Below, piece after piece: positions 15,001 to 26,489 of a stretch of DNA of 64,000 bases. Each line of letters begins with the position of its first letter. The first letter of the stretch is position 1. Made by a program: the position numbers and the translations under genes. Below the pieces are notes generated by a model that was given only the letters and a program-made list of their open reading frames with translations, was not told where the DNA came from and searched no databases. The DNA is taken from NCBI GenBank assembly GCA_001949185.1, contig BDGG01000004.1, positions 707,620 to 771,619 of the forward strand, written 5' to 3'. This stretch comes from Ramazzottius varieornatus (taxonomy: Eukaryota > Animalia > Tardigrada).

Positions 15001-17219
15001 TCAGTAGCAAAACATGTTGATCATCAGCTCTGATGTGAAAACCACAATACAAAGTCTTCAACTCGTCCATTTCGTTGCGAAAGCGTGTCGTGAAGAAAAT
15101 TCCTGTCTTGCAAGTCAGGTGATTTACGCCTTTACGTGGACCCACAATGGTCTCAATCACAAAACTGACAACTTCTAGTACTATTCCAAAATCCAATCAT
15201 TTTTATGCCTGTAAAACAGTATACTGTGCATGTACACTGTTGATGACCAGTAATGTCATTTCCGTCAAGAGCGCAAACAGGTTTCCTTCGATCCGCCAAT
15301 ATTAGTTTCGGTCAGAAGTAGGCGTACGGAGAGTAATTAGAAGGTATGCTGTTGATCGAAATCTGATCCAAACATTGCAACAATACCAGCTATAATTACA
15401 GGGAACGCTAGAAGGTCGAATAGATCTTCCGTTCAACTGCATGGCTAGCTTATGCAATGGACGCACTTAGTGGATTCGACCAAGTCTTGGTCCGACCAAC
15501 TGGGTGACTTTCTGGCCCATATTGGTCAACGAAAAATTGACCAAAGGGACGACCCTTGGCCAATTTTTCATGAACCAAATTTGGCTCGAAATTTGACCAA
15601 CTGGCTCGACCACAGCTTAGTCAAATCCACTCTAGACAGACCTGTGAACCTTTTATTAATACATGTACATGTGTTAGAAACAGCGCAATGAATGGATGCG
15701 AGCAAACGGAACGAACAGACATTCGTACTGATGACTTCCCTTTATGAATTTTGTGCTGAATTTTGAGGTAACAACAATGCAATACACTAATTTCTCGCGC
15801 AGGGAAGCCTATTCATTGTGGTAAAGTCACTTTGTACACCGTTTACGGAATCGTCAATATGCTTTTGTTTACTACAGAGTGCTGGTTAGTTCGATCTGCT
15901 TGATCGCAGTCAGTATCAAGATCCGGCCGCCACAAGTCCACAACACGTCTTCACGAAGGCCGAGACAACAAGGAAGTTAAGCACTTTCCACATTAGCAAA
16001 GACAAGGGCGGATCCTTGTCGGTGTTCGTTTTAGCAGCAACGTCAGGTCTGTCACCCGATGGTAAACCCGAGGTAATAAAAAAAGCATCAAGCGTTTTCT
16101 GTGGTGAACTCAATTAATAGCCGTGGCGCCTTGCCTTGAAATGTAATACAGTCGGAACTTCCTTGCCGCTTTGCAATGATGACAAACGAGCATGTGCTTT
16201 GGGGCCTTGTTCGGACCTGTCACTATGTTGAGCTCCTCGGAGGGTCATTTTGACTCAACTGAACTCTCCGCTGAGTATTTCTGCGATACTCTGTTTCTTT
16301 TTCAAGAGCAGACACTCCATCACTGCCTCCAGCTGCTGCAAAAAAAGCTGGCTCGAAGACAAGTGTTTGCAGAGGCCTTTATCCCATTTTTTCTTCACAG
16401 CCGAGCGGTTGCATGTACAGGAAGCGGCATGTTTGCATTCTGTTGTGTTACAGGGGAGTGAGATACACCGGAAGTGTGGGTTAAGTCTAATGGCAAAGTG
16501 TTACGACAGACAAGCACTATGCGGCACATTCCGCGTGATTTTCAGTATGTTTGTTTTTTTGAGTGACAGAACAATTACCAGGACAGTTTTTCCCATAGTC
16601 AAATAACCTCCTAACAATATTGTGATATAGTTTCCCCCGAGCGATTTTATAGATATCTCAAAGATGCTTTTCTAATTTGGAATGTCCAACTACACCGAGA
16701 ATAGCTTTTGAAATGATGGTGGCGCCATCGCGCATCTACTTACCAGTGATAAGGTAAAAACATAGTTCCATCGATAAAGGTGGCGCCAGTGAGGAGAATA
16801 TACCAGCTGGCTGCAGGTTCGTCTCGGCTAAGAAACAACAGAAAAACCAAGTGTACATAATTGACGTAGTTTCGAAGAATCCAGCGAAACCAGTGAAAGG
16901 CGAATCTTGGTGGACCGTTGTCGTACCAGAAGAGAACTTCCTCAGCCTCGTGGTGTTCATGACGAACTCGTCCGCACATGTTGGCTACTTCCTGGTCCGA
17001 GATACTGTGCAAGGTCGAAATACTCCGCAGGAAATCATAAATCTCATCCAGGTCCTACGATAGAATTGTCTGGTTTCGAGTATTGTTCGGGTAGTAGGGG
17101 TAGGCTTCTCGCGACCCACCCCTCCGGAAGCTTGTCATACACGTCTTCGTTCGGCTTACCTGTTCAGTGCGGAGACCAGGATGGACCAAAAATGCCGACG
17201 GAATTTTCGGCATTTTCAT
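1..17219 (-). CDS. RAPGEF2: Rap guanine nucleotide exchange factor, PDZ-GEF type (RAPGEF2/RAPGEF6, dizzy/pxf-1 orthologue); 3' end runs off the window
   Basis: Spliced exons: 17219-17160 ([20 protein letters not shown]), 17054-16927 ([11 protein letters not shown]...HEAEEVLF), 16827-16744 ([18 protein letters not shown]), 6934-6850 (FGKR...[12 protein letters not shown]), 5844-5647 (VDYPD). Downstream exons encode a second cNMP-like domain (~4800-3770), REM (~3630-2940), PDZ (~2683-2230; [18 protein letters not shown]), RA (~2005-1645; [20 protein letters not shown]) and RasGEF (1405-1; [32 protein letters not shown]). Splice phases checked for the five 5' exons. Confidence 0.93.
364..490. 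mobile_element. MITE-like palindromic repeat, family A (copy 1)
   Basis: Core GGCGCACGCTTTC-spacer-GAGAACGTGCGCC with flanks gcaaacaaaatgtacaagatcg, matching the copies at 822, 2717, 24138 and 47261; intronic. Confidence 0.7.
822..945. mobile_element. MITE-like palindromic repeat, family A (copy 2)
   Basis: AAGTGGCGCACGTTTTT (863) ... AAAAGCGTGCGCCACTT (909), extended by agattgttttt/agaaacgatct arms; intronic. Confidence 0.75.
2717..2843. mobile_element. MITE-like palindromic repeat, family A (copy 3)
   Basis: caagatggtttcccaagtgacgcaggctttc ... gaaaacatgcgccagttgggaaacgattttgtccagtttg. The right arm is the approximate reverse complement of 822-870. Confidence 0.75.
13190..16300 (-). mobile_element. 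Highly decayed hAT-superfamily transposase relic inside the RAPGEF intron
   Basis: Fragments in hAT order across stops and frameshifts: BED-like CHHCK...GATAIN*VHH (~16190-16105), QKTLDAFF (~16100), [12 protein letters not shown] (~14890-14860), [14 protein letters not shown] (~14682-14641; cf. TRWNS..M..R) and C-terminal [14 protein letters not shown]...KRFSVA (~13350-13195; cf. dimerisation domain). No TIRs identified. Confidence 0.45.
15469..15631. repeat. ~160 bp imperfect palindrome (hairpin, MITE-like)
   Basis: agtggattcgaccaag...gaaaaattgaccaaaggg / cccttggccaatttttc...gtcaaatccact; the arms pair over most of their length. Confidence 0.65.
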
Positions 17220-20200
17220 TTGCGAAGGTCGAAGGATACGGAATATTCCAGAAAGGTAAGTTTGGCTGTTGCACAGTGAAGCAAATTCCGAAGGCGGATA
17301 AAACCGGAGAATCAGGTTGAGTTCAGTCAAGCAGGCAACACATAAAGTCTGTTCCAATGTCCGAGACGCTTAAGCACACAGAGCGGAAATGACAGTCTCC
17401 TCTCCCCTTTCCCGTCCGCCTTCCAGTTTCGGCCGAACTGTGGCTGGATGTATCGTTATTTAGTCGGTCGGTTTCTCAAGTGGCAATATCGAACCCAGAA
17501 AGTGCTGTACTTCATGTACCGCAGTGTAGCAAGGCGTCGTACATAAAGTCCGTCAAGTGGAAACTCAAACGGGAGCGGACTGAAGACAAATCGCTTTGGC
17601 GGCTAGTGCAAATGTCAATTTTCTCGTATTAAGAAGACTGGCTGAAATGCACATTTGAATATGGACGATGCCATCAGACAAGAAAAGTCAGTTCCACAAT
17701 TAATTGCCTGTGGGATCACAAGCGCCACTCGATCCAGCAGTAGTCATTCTCAATACACAGGAAAGCCTTCTCCCACCTCACATCTGAAAAACAGAGAACA
17801 TGATGAAGGATAGACAAGTCGCGAAGATGCACGTGACAGGGCTCGCGATATCGAGTGTGTTCTAACGTACGTACGTAGAACAATTTTCGGAAAATGGACG
17901 TGGCATGTACGAACTCAGGCGACCACGAATCAAGATTTAAAAAACGATTGTCACTTGCTAATTACAGAAATTGATGGAAATTCGTACAGTACGAAACAGT
18001 AAAGAAAAATGTGTTGGATCCGGACTTTTTCAAGCATGCATATGGTTCACCGATTAAAATGTATCGATTTTTGGAAAGGTAATCGTTGCACACTTTGGCA
18101 TGTTGACGTTTGATCAAGGCGAGATTGACAATCCGTATTACATCGGAACACGAGGCAGATTGTCACAGATAAGCTGTAAAGTTGATCGAAGCCAGAGAAA
18201 ACAAATGCGAAATAAAGAGTAATTACCGTGGTCAATAGAGTAAAAACTTTGAAGCGGATTGATAGACTAACTAAGTCTTAACTTAATCTACCTTTCCGCT
18301 CTTCTTCACTGCTCTGCACGCTGTATATCCATTCTGACAACGGAAAGAAACTTTGGTTCGACTAGTGAGAATCTCAACCTAGAAAAAAACTGCGAAACAG
18401 ATAGTGGAAGTTTACTAAAGCGTATAATGCCGGGACAATTATGCACGGAGAAGAGCGCGAGAAGAAGAGCGGAAACGTGTGTGAAACGGCGGCTCAGGCT
18501 TTCGGTAAGCTGCGTAATGTCCACTTGAGAAACCCTTACGCCATGACGGATCAATGCGGTAGCTATCACACTGAACCACTTTTGCCGCGCAATATTGTCA
18601 TCATCCCCTTCACTAGGGTCTTCACCCTATTTCTCAAGTAAACCGTGTAGCGTAATGTACTTGAAACAAAATATCTTCAATTCTCCGATCAATCTTACCT
18701 TCCATAAACGTCAAGGACCGAAAATATTGGTCCGAAGTCCGAAACCACAATCGATAACCAAACGAAGAAAAGATTTCAGCTACGGAAGATATAATTAGAT
18801 ATACAGTAAAATGGAATAATCTTGCCTTAAGCTCGGCGGGAGTACTACAATATGCGAAGGCGATGTGGAACTCAAGGAAGTGAATGTTGAAGACTCACTG
18901 GTGGAGCGGAAGTTCCAGAATGGAAAACATTCCGAAAGGCTTACAGAGGCTTCTGTTGAATGGGTTCCACAAAACAAATCCGATTTCCGATCTGGCTGAT
19001 TCAGCACGCTCAGTGCAGATGTTTTTCTTTCCGGACTACACTGCCTTGTCGATTTATCCAAACATAATATTGCAACCAGGAAAGAAAAACACATGTATTC
19101 CACTCAGCAGAATATCCGAAGGTCAGAAGAAAAGACCATCATGTGATGTCTTTCATGGACTGCGAAAGTTTTTTGCGGTCAGAATTCAAGATGTTAAATT
19201 TCAAAAGTGCCCACACACGATATGGTTTCTGAAGTGTTGTGGAAGAAAAGCAGGCATAAAGTCAAGCGGCGATTAGAGTGATTACAGAGTCGTAAAGATA
19301 TGCGAGAAGCTCGGTACATTTGCAGCAGACAATATGGCTGCCAATAAGGAAGGAAGGGCGCTCTTGAAGTGGGTGCAGTCGATCAACACAATACAGTCTT
19401 GGGGTACAGAGTACAGATGGTAACGAGCGAGGGAAGGCCAGAGCGGACAGAGGGGCGACAAACATGAGCTTGCCTCACCTGTATCCAGCGTAATCCACCC
19501 AAATCCCCCTTTGGTGGCACTGACCACTGCATATCTCACGCTAGATTCTCACCAGTGCACATCCATGCGCCGCTACACGATCGACTTCACCACTAAATTG
19601 CTTCCTGTCTTACTTTTACGGTAGTAAGGTGGTGCATGAAGACAACTGAGCGTTTGGACAACTTTACAAAATCAGACGACACCGAATCGGTTACGCATGA
19701 GTGCGGTGGGCGAATGCTGCTGTGTCCATCCACTCCCTGCGCTGTACTTTCCCACCACCCTGCTCTTTTCTGGTATAAAATGCTCTCAGTTTCACTGTCC
19801 TACGTACTTATACATATACGGGAGGCTGTTCTAAAACTTTGCGATGGTTGTGTTTTCGATCGGAAACGATGCCCCCAAACCAAACTTTCAAATAAACAGC
19901 CCGTATGGGGTAGTCGATGGTTTTCCACGACGGTTCGAGAAGGCTCTTGATATTGGCCAAATCGAAACGCAAATCCGAAGCACTCCATGTGACGTTCGGA
20001 GTTTAGGGTACGGATACCTGAATACCGAGAAAGTCCTGTAATTAAGCCAAGACAGCTCTCTATTTCCCAGATGGCGTTTCTGTTCCACAACCCTGAATGA
20101 TATGTGGGTTTCGGCGGCCCAATTTCCGGAAACTCATCTTTGCTACCAAATGACCCTTTTCTGACATGAACTTCGAACTATTCTAGAGCATCGGATGGCA

Positions 20201-20605
20201 CTTCGCCTTACCTCGCCGTGACTCAGTCTCGAAAAAACTGTTCGCCTTTCTGGGAAGACACTCTGGAAAATTTCAGGAGCAACCAACAAATGAAACATCC
20301 CCGCCAGGGGGTCTGATGCCAGAACGAAAACCTACGCATTTTCATGCTACCTGACGTCAATGTGTCGTCAAAAGTTTTTAGTTAGAAATTCGAACCCCTT
20401 CAGATTTTCCCGACGTAGCCAACTGACCACTGGTCAGACGGCCGAATGGATGTCAGAGTTGGTTGCTCGGTGTTTATTATACTAGATTGCATCGGCAGTT
20501 GAAGATTGCCCCTGGGGTGCTAGAGTTTCAAAAACGTTTCCTAAACATTCGGGTTATTAGTGAATGTTCCGGAAATAGTGCTGCAGAAACCCATGTGTGG
20601 TGAAC

Positions 20606-20763
20606 TACTGTAGTGCTACCAAATTATAGCACACTCAACCACGTGAACAGCAAATGATACCCGAGTGGGAGCTGGCGAGGCTATACTGATAACATCCGAT
20701 CACACTGGGCAGCGATGACTCATCACGTGGTTCAGTGCGCGATAATTTGGTAGCACTGCAGTA
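20606..20763. mobile_element. TA-flanked MITE with ~40 bp TIRs
   Basis: TA-ctgtagtgctaccaaattatagcacactcaaccacgtga ... tcacgtggttcagtgcgcgataatttggtagcactgcag-TA. Confidence 0.8.
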
Positions 20764-21023
20764 CAGTCCAGTCGCTCGAAATCCGTACCAAATTTTTGGA
20801 TCTCAGTTCAGGGCTCGCCATACATCCACTATGCAGCATGCCATGCTAAATGCCAAAATTACATAACACAGACACTACAGCCTGTCTTAACTCGTGAAAT
20901 GAAAGTAATCAAATGGCAGATGACCGGCTGTCTGAGCACGGCGAGCACTGTGGTTAACTTTGAACGATTTTCGCATTTTAGAAATGTGAAAATTTGGTAC
21001 GGATTTCGAACGTCCGGACTGTA
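20762..21023. mobile_element. TA-flanked Tc1/mariner/pogo-type MITE with ~33 bp TIRs, abutting the previous element
   Basis: TA-cagtccagtcgctcgaaatccgtaccaaatttt ... aaaatttggtacggatttcgaacgtccggactg-TA; shares the TA at 20762-20763. Confidence 0.8.
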
Positions 21024-22253
21024 ATTGATTCGACGCCAGCGCCACCTCGGATGCTGGCGTCGGATATTGTAGTGCTGACTACTAACTAGGTGGCGCCACT
21101 CCGAGAACCAGTGGACTGCAGTAACAACCGTCTACATCTGGGTTTCGCTCGGCGGGAAGCTCCATCCTGAGTTCGAGCGTTAGGGAATCCAGAAGTACCA
21201 TCGCTCCTCTTGAAACAGCCGCACGTTGATGGAAGTATCCTATATATAAGTCGCTACGTTTCTCCCCAAACAAGCACGTATCCGGAAGATTTGAGATCGC
21301 AAAATCTGTTTATAACAATATGTAGCATAGCCTCTTGTATTAGCCCTTATTTAAGTTCTTGCTGTACTTCCTGCTTCACAGGAAGCGCGATGCAGTAAAT
21401 GTTTGCGTCATTCGCTTTCCCTTCTTTCTCCCACCCACACGCTCCTGTTTTCTCAGCCGATTTCGCCTTTTATTACATGTGCTTTTCATGTTTACCGGAA
21501 CGCTGGTGCCAGAGGTTATAAAATCCTGACTTCCTGCCGCGCGTTCTCATGCCGCGACGAGAAACAGAATTATGGGAACTGTAACTGGCCAGGTTCTAGG
21601 AAGCTCGTCGTCACGAGAATTTCCTCACAGGGAAATCATTCGCAGAAAGGAGGCTCAAACTGAGAATCAATGATGCGCCCTAGCACCCAATAGTTTCAAC
21701 TTAAAACCTCGAGCCAGGCGCTGGCACGGAACTTAGCGGGTTTTCACACAATCATTTATGGCGTCATCATAAAACGAGGGTCTACCAAACGTTCCATCAA
21801 ATCACGCACTCGTGAAATGTTTGGGAAAGTGCGAGTTTACGGCTCCAAAACCATCAAATATGCATCGCGCAGAGACAGAAGCACTTCCCATATGCGGGGT
21901 CCTAGATCGGGTGAGGAAAGGAGCCTGAACTCCTCGGAGAGCGCAATCACAAGTTGATTGGAAACATATCCCCCTAATCCTCAGGAGATCGCCCCAGCTG
22001 GCACAGTGCTGGTATTATCCGAGACCTCGAAATGATAAAGAGAAGCCACGTGAAGCCAGCAGTAGAGAGAAAGAGTTTTTCTGGTCCTGCCTGCGCGAAC
22101 ACCGCGCAGTCCGCGACCCCCAAAGGACCACGACCGCAGTTTCCTTCAGAAATCGAGCTCAGCTTTCCAATGAACTTGAATCTCCACTGATGCCGCTAAC
22201 AACATCAGACGTCGTCTTGATCCAATTTTCGGGGGGAGTGCTGTCATGCTTTC

Positions 22254-22370
22254 TAGCTGTAGATTGCAGAGAATGCATCCCTTCTGGTGGTCACGTGGTC
22301 TTATAGGATTAGTTAATGGTAGCCCATGTCACATGATCACCGGAGAGAATGTATTTTCTGCACTGTAGCT
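22254..22370. repeat. Imperfect inverted repeat (old MITE-like)
   Basis: agctgtagattgcagagaatgcatcccttctggtggtcacgtg versus the reverse complement of cacatgatcaccggagagaatgtattttctgcactgtagct. Confidence 0.55.
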
Positions 22371-23123
22371 GTCGGCAGCCGTCTTCAGCTACTGACAGGA
22401 ATGTAGACATGATTGGCTATCCCGGAATGTGGTAACAGAAGATGGTGGCTGTTGCCTCAAGAGTTCAGGGCCTCATCTGCGAGGAGCAACAGACTCGATC
22501 AGCCTAACGTGCTAATACGCTTCTGCCCGAGTCTCCGCGACTATACGAAGAGCAACAGTAGCTTGACAGATAACTGGTTATTCAGAGGCCCAACGTCACT
22601 GCTCCTCCCGCTTACCGCCGGCAGATTAAATTAGTCAAGTTGCGGCACGTCAGAATCGATATCTATTCGTTATCAACAGATGAACTCGCCGTTCTGCCGA
22701 TTAAATCATTTTGTGTCTTCGCATTGCAGATGTTTTGATGCTGTATTGTAGCACACTTAAAAGCCTTTGGTGTGTGTGTTAGTTCTATTTCGGCTTTATG
22801 TACCATGTGTCCACTTTGAAAACTTTTAGGGATATTGCGGTCGCCATTGAGTTATTTTGATCCGTCGACCCAACAGTAATCCCTCCAAATCGCCCCGTTG
22901 AACCCTCGGAGAAGTTTAGACCATTGTGCAGGAGATGAACAGTTTTGAAGTGTGGAAACGTTTTTGCAGTTTCTCTCCAATATATACCATTTACAGTCGT
23001 GCGCATTTGTACAATGTGTGTTTTTAGCGTTAATTGAGCGTTAGCTCTTTATCGCGACAGCAGTTAAGTCAGCGCAATTGTCTATTCAATTTCATAAGTA
23101 GAGCTGTGCTTTTACGGCAATGC

Positions 23124-24782
23124 ATGGCTACGAATGTGAGTTTTGCCAACACTTCGGTGGAATATGATCAGTTATGGGATCCGGATGAACCATCGGAAGA
23201 AATCAAGTTGATGGTTTATTATGTCCATCTAATTGGATATCCTGTATTGTTATTGATATGTACCATAGGGAATACGCTGAGCCTGTCGGTGTGGCTCCGA
23301 CTGCCACATAAAAGCAGCACAGCTATCTATCTCACTACCGTTGCTTTTAGCGACTTGTTTGTCCTGTAAGGAGTGATGATGTGTCCCTGTTTGGCAGTGT
23401 TCACCGCATAGCCAGAAAATTTGGCACAAAGAGATGTATTGATCTATGTGCACATTTTTAGGTGGTTTTACATGGGCCATTTCGTACACAACGTCGACCC
23501 AACCTGCGACTTCGACACTTCATTATGTTGGGAACAGTATTTGCAATCCAAGGGAGTGGTCGAGTGGTGGCGTGACACTTGTATGCAGCTGTCTGACTGG
23601 TGAGGCAATTAATTCAAGATGAGGTCCTTCTCCAATGTACGGAAGGCTGTTAGGTGCTTACACTTACCCACCTAACACATTTCGCCCGTCACAGGACACT
23701 AATTATCTTTTCAACGGAAAGGCTTGTCATGGTATGCCATCCTTTGCGGTTTAATGAAGCTGTCAGTATGTGCACAGCCCTCCGCAACGTCTTGATCCTC
23801 TTCCTTTTGGCGGCCACCTTCTGTGTGGAGCTGCTGGTTGTCCCCTATGTTTACCTGTGGCGCCGGGCAGACTACCCACCCGACACTCACACGAAAATCG
23901 TCATTGGACCCGGGCTGACGGACTGGGATAATCTTTATGATTATTCGGAGGTAGGGTTTGCCGAAACCACACCAATTGTTTTGCATTATCGATACGGTAA
24001 TAGCCCAATACGGTTAACCGTAATTAGACATACTTGGTTGCGTTGCGCAATGAAGCACGATATACCAAAAACGGTTGATCAAGAATTGTTGTGGCTGTAG
24101 TCCACAATGTCATACAGACATCCAACAAAAGGAATGTATTTGGAAGGCCCGCAAACGAAACGTGCAAGATTGTTCTTTTAAGTGGCGCACGCTTTCAGCT
24201 AATTACAATGGAAACGTGCGGCAGTCGAAATAACGGTTCTTTGGGTTTCGTTTGCCGACCTCACATTTGATTTTGCAGCTGATGGTGACCGTCAGTAAGT
24301 GGATAATTTTGGCGCTGCTAAACTGCGCCTTCGTCCTGCAGTTATCCCGACAGTCGCGTCCCGCTCTTGCCAGTCAGCAATTACCGCCTGAAAGAAGCAA
24401 CCAAACACGACACATCAATTACATCCTTCTGGGCAGTGCCGCTCTGTACTTTGTGACGCAATCCCCCAACGCGTACTGCAAGATGCTCAGAATTAGCGGA
24501 AGTAGTAAAGGCTGCTCGAAATACTACTTTCATCTCCTGTCAATCATTTCCTTATCTAATTACTCGCTCAACTTCCTGTTGTACTGCATGGTCAGTGCTA
24601 GATTCCGTCAACACTTATTCCACCGGAGCCTCTCCGGAAGGAACAGCATGCACATGCCGGTTGCTTCGGTCCGCTCAAACAGCTTGCAGTCCCCACGGAG
24701 ACCAAGCTGCGTCAAAAATGGTCGGGCCACTCATCAGAATACAATGTATCATGAAGAACTAGAGGAACTACAAGCACTCTGA
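23124..24782 (+). CDS. Class A (rhodopsin-like) peptide-type GPCR (FMRFamide/sex-peptide-receptor-like group)
   Basis: Exons 23124-23365, 23462-23599, 23695-23950, 24279-24782. N-terminal NxS/T sites; TM1 GN (IGNTLSL), TM2 AFSDL, TM3 FSTERL..CHPLR, TM6 FVTQSPN, TM7 NYSLNFLLYC.VS.RFR. Confidence 0.85.
24138..24250. mobile_element. MITE-like palindromic repeat, family A (copy 4)
   Basis: gcaaacgaaacgtgcaagattgttcttttaagtggcgcacgctttc...ggaaacgtgcggcag aligns with 375-460; in a GPCR intron. Confidence 0.7.
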
Positions 24783-25009
24783 AGTCTGCCGGTTCTTTCT
24801 TCTTTTTTACATACAGTTGCACATTCCTGATGACTGAGCAATTCTCTAGCCCTGATATGGCTAGAGATTAGAACTGTCAGTATTCAGAACGAAGCTTATA
24901 TTATATTTTGGGAAAATTCCGGAATTGAAGATTCAAAAATAAAGGGAAAGATAAGAGGGCGTATTTTCCATCTCGGAACAATGTAGCAACAACAAAACAT
25001 TTTCACTAC

Positions 25010-25584
25010 TCAAACGCAACCAGCTCGCGTAGAACCTTTGTAAAAGCACTTTGGGCTCATGTACATTCCACCAACCGGTTCCGGTGTCTGTAAGGAAAGC
25101 GGCCATCAGATTAGTCACTTTTTGGCACTTCTGGGATCCCAACACATATTGATTAATGTTTCGGGACAGACAGATGACTTACGTCAAGGCACTTGTATTC
25201 GACTCTAAGACGCATTTTTGAGCCAGTTTTGGGTAGCGTGGGACAGAAGTATATTAGGTCGGTATCATCGGCAAAGACCTCACAGACGGCATTCCCCGGT
25301 CGACAGCGTTGTCGCATAATTTTCAGCACTTCACTAGCTTGCTGGCTCAAATTACAGCTTTCGGTTGTGACAGTGTCACACTGAGCTTGATCACAGACGG
25401 CTTCCCATTCCATTTGCTCCAAGTAGAAGAAGGGTTTCTCGGGATCCACGCACTCGTAGAACTTGGTGTATCCTTGCGGTACATAAGCCGTATGGAGATT
25501 AGGGCTCGGTGTGGTACTTTCCAGCAGGGGTGCACAGTAGGCGAGGACACTGTGAAGGAATGCCGATAAAGCCAAGATCCACAT
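25010..25584 (-). CDS. Small secreted protein with a divergent SUEL/galactose-rhamnose-binding lectin-like domain
   Basis: Signal peptide MWILALSAFLHSVLA (alternative ATG at 25617). Cys spacing ...C..SEVLKIMRQRC.PGNAVCEVFAD......CP.......RLRVEYKC resembles the SUEL C-terminal half. Donor at 25182; predicted last exon 25087-25010. Confidence 0.6.
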
Positions 25585-26489
25585 GCTGTTTGACACAGCC
25601 AACGCTAAAGGCAACATATTGCACATTGCACAGTTCAGTCGGTTGGAAGAATGTCAAAAAAAAGACTGCAAACTGTAATGACATACGATATGTGTGACGA
25701 TTTATTCAACTTCCATCTCTTTTGACAGATTTTTATGGGTTCCGACGTGAACAACCGACGCACACGCCCGTAATGATAGCTGTACAGGCCGGTTTTGCGA
25801 AAGTAGACACTTCTGCGAATCTTAATCGATCATCTCAGTTCTCGATCTATGTTTTGAAATTTGAACTCTGGATCAGTGACATGATATGACTCGTCGAGCA
25901 GTTCATCGTCGGCTGTCAGGCTCGACCGTACGTCAAATCGCGGGTTTCTCACGCTGAGCAGACCGTACGAGCCTGAAGCTTCTGGCATGGGACGGGCCCT
26001 TGTGATGTATAATTTCGCAGCGACGTCACTTCAGCGTTACGGGTAAGTTAGAATGGATGACCACTTTGCTCCAACTGCACCTTAATGACGCAAATAAAAT
26101 CAGTGGACATGATGTACCAAGTTGCACCTTAGGGTTCATATTTACTTATCGCTATTATGAAGGACCTGAAATTTTCATAGCGAGATTGTTATGTATGGCA
26201 TTGTATGCGCTCGTGACTATTTACCGAGTTCCCCATCCCATCTGTAAGCTAATTGAGCAGTGAGAACACCTGCATGGAGCATCACTGTCTAGCAGTTGGA
26301 AAGAAACTTCAGGTACCCGCAAAATTTCCTTTAAGACAAACACGACTGAAGTTAGAAAACCTAACGCTAAAGTCGCTCGGCGAAGACTTTTGCACTGTCC
26401 ATTCAGCCATAACTCTCACAAACTGGGTTAGCGCGTTGGATACAGCACCATGGCATCACAATTATCAGCTCGCTTCTCGCCGAAATCGT

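Noticed and set aside
16078-16101. PIP-box-like QKTLDAFF peptide
   Set aside because: It lies in a stop-riddled relic within an intron, with no intact gene; used only as weak support for the hAT call.
16851-17320. Plus-strand ORFs suggesting a nested gene
   Set aside because: They overlap the first RAPGEF exons on the minus strand, which have clear homology and splice sites.
21360-21640. Cluster of ETS-like (CAGGAAG/CCGGAA) motifs and a TATA-like TATAAAA
   Set aside because: Could be a promoter, but short motifs without TSS data are not enough to support a call.
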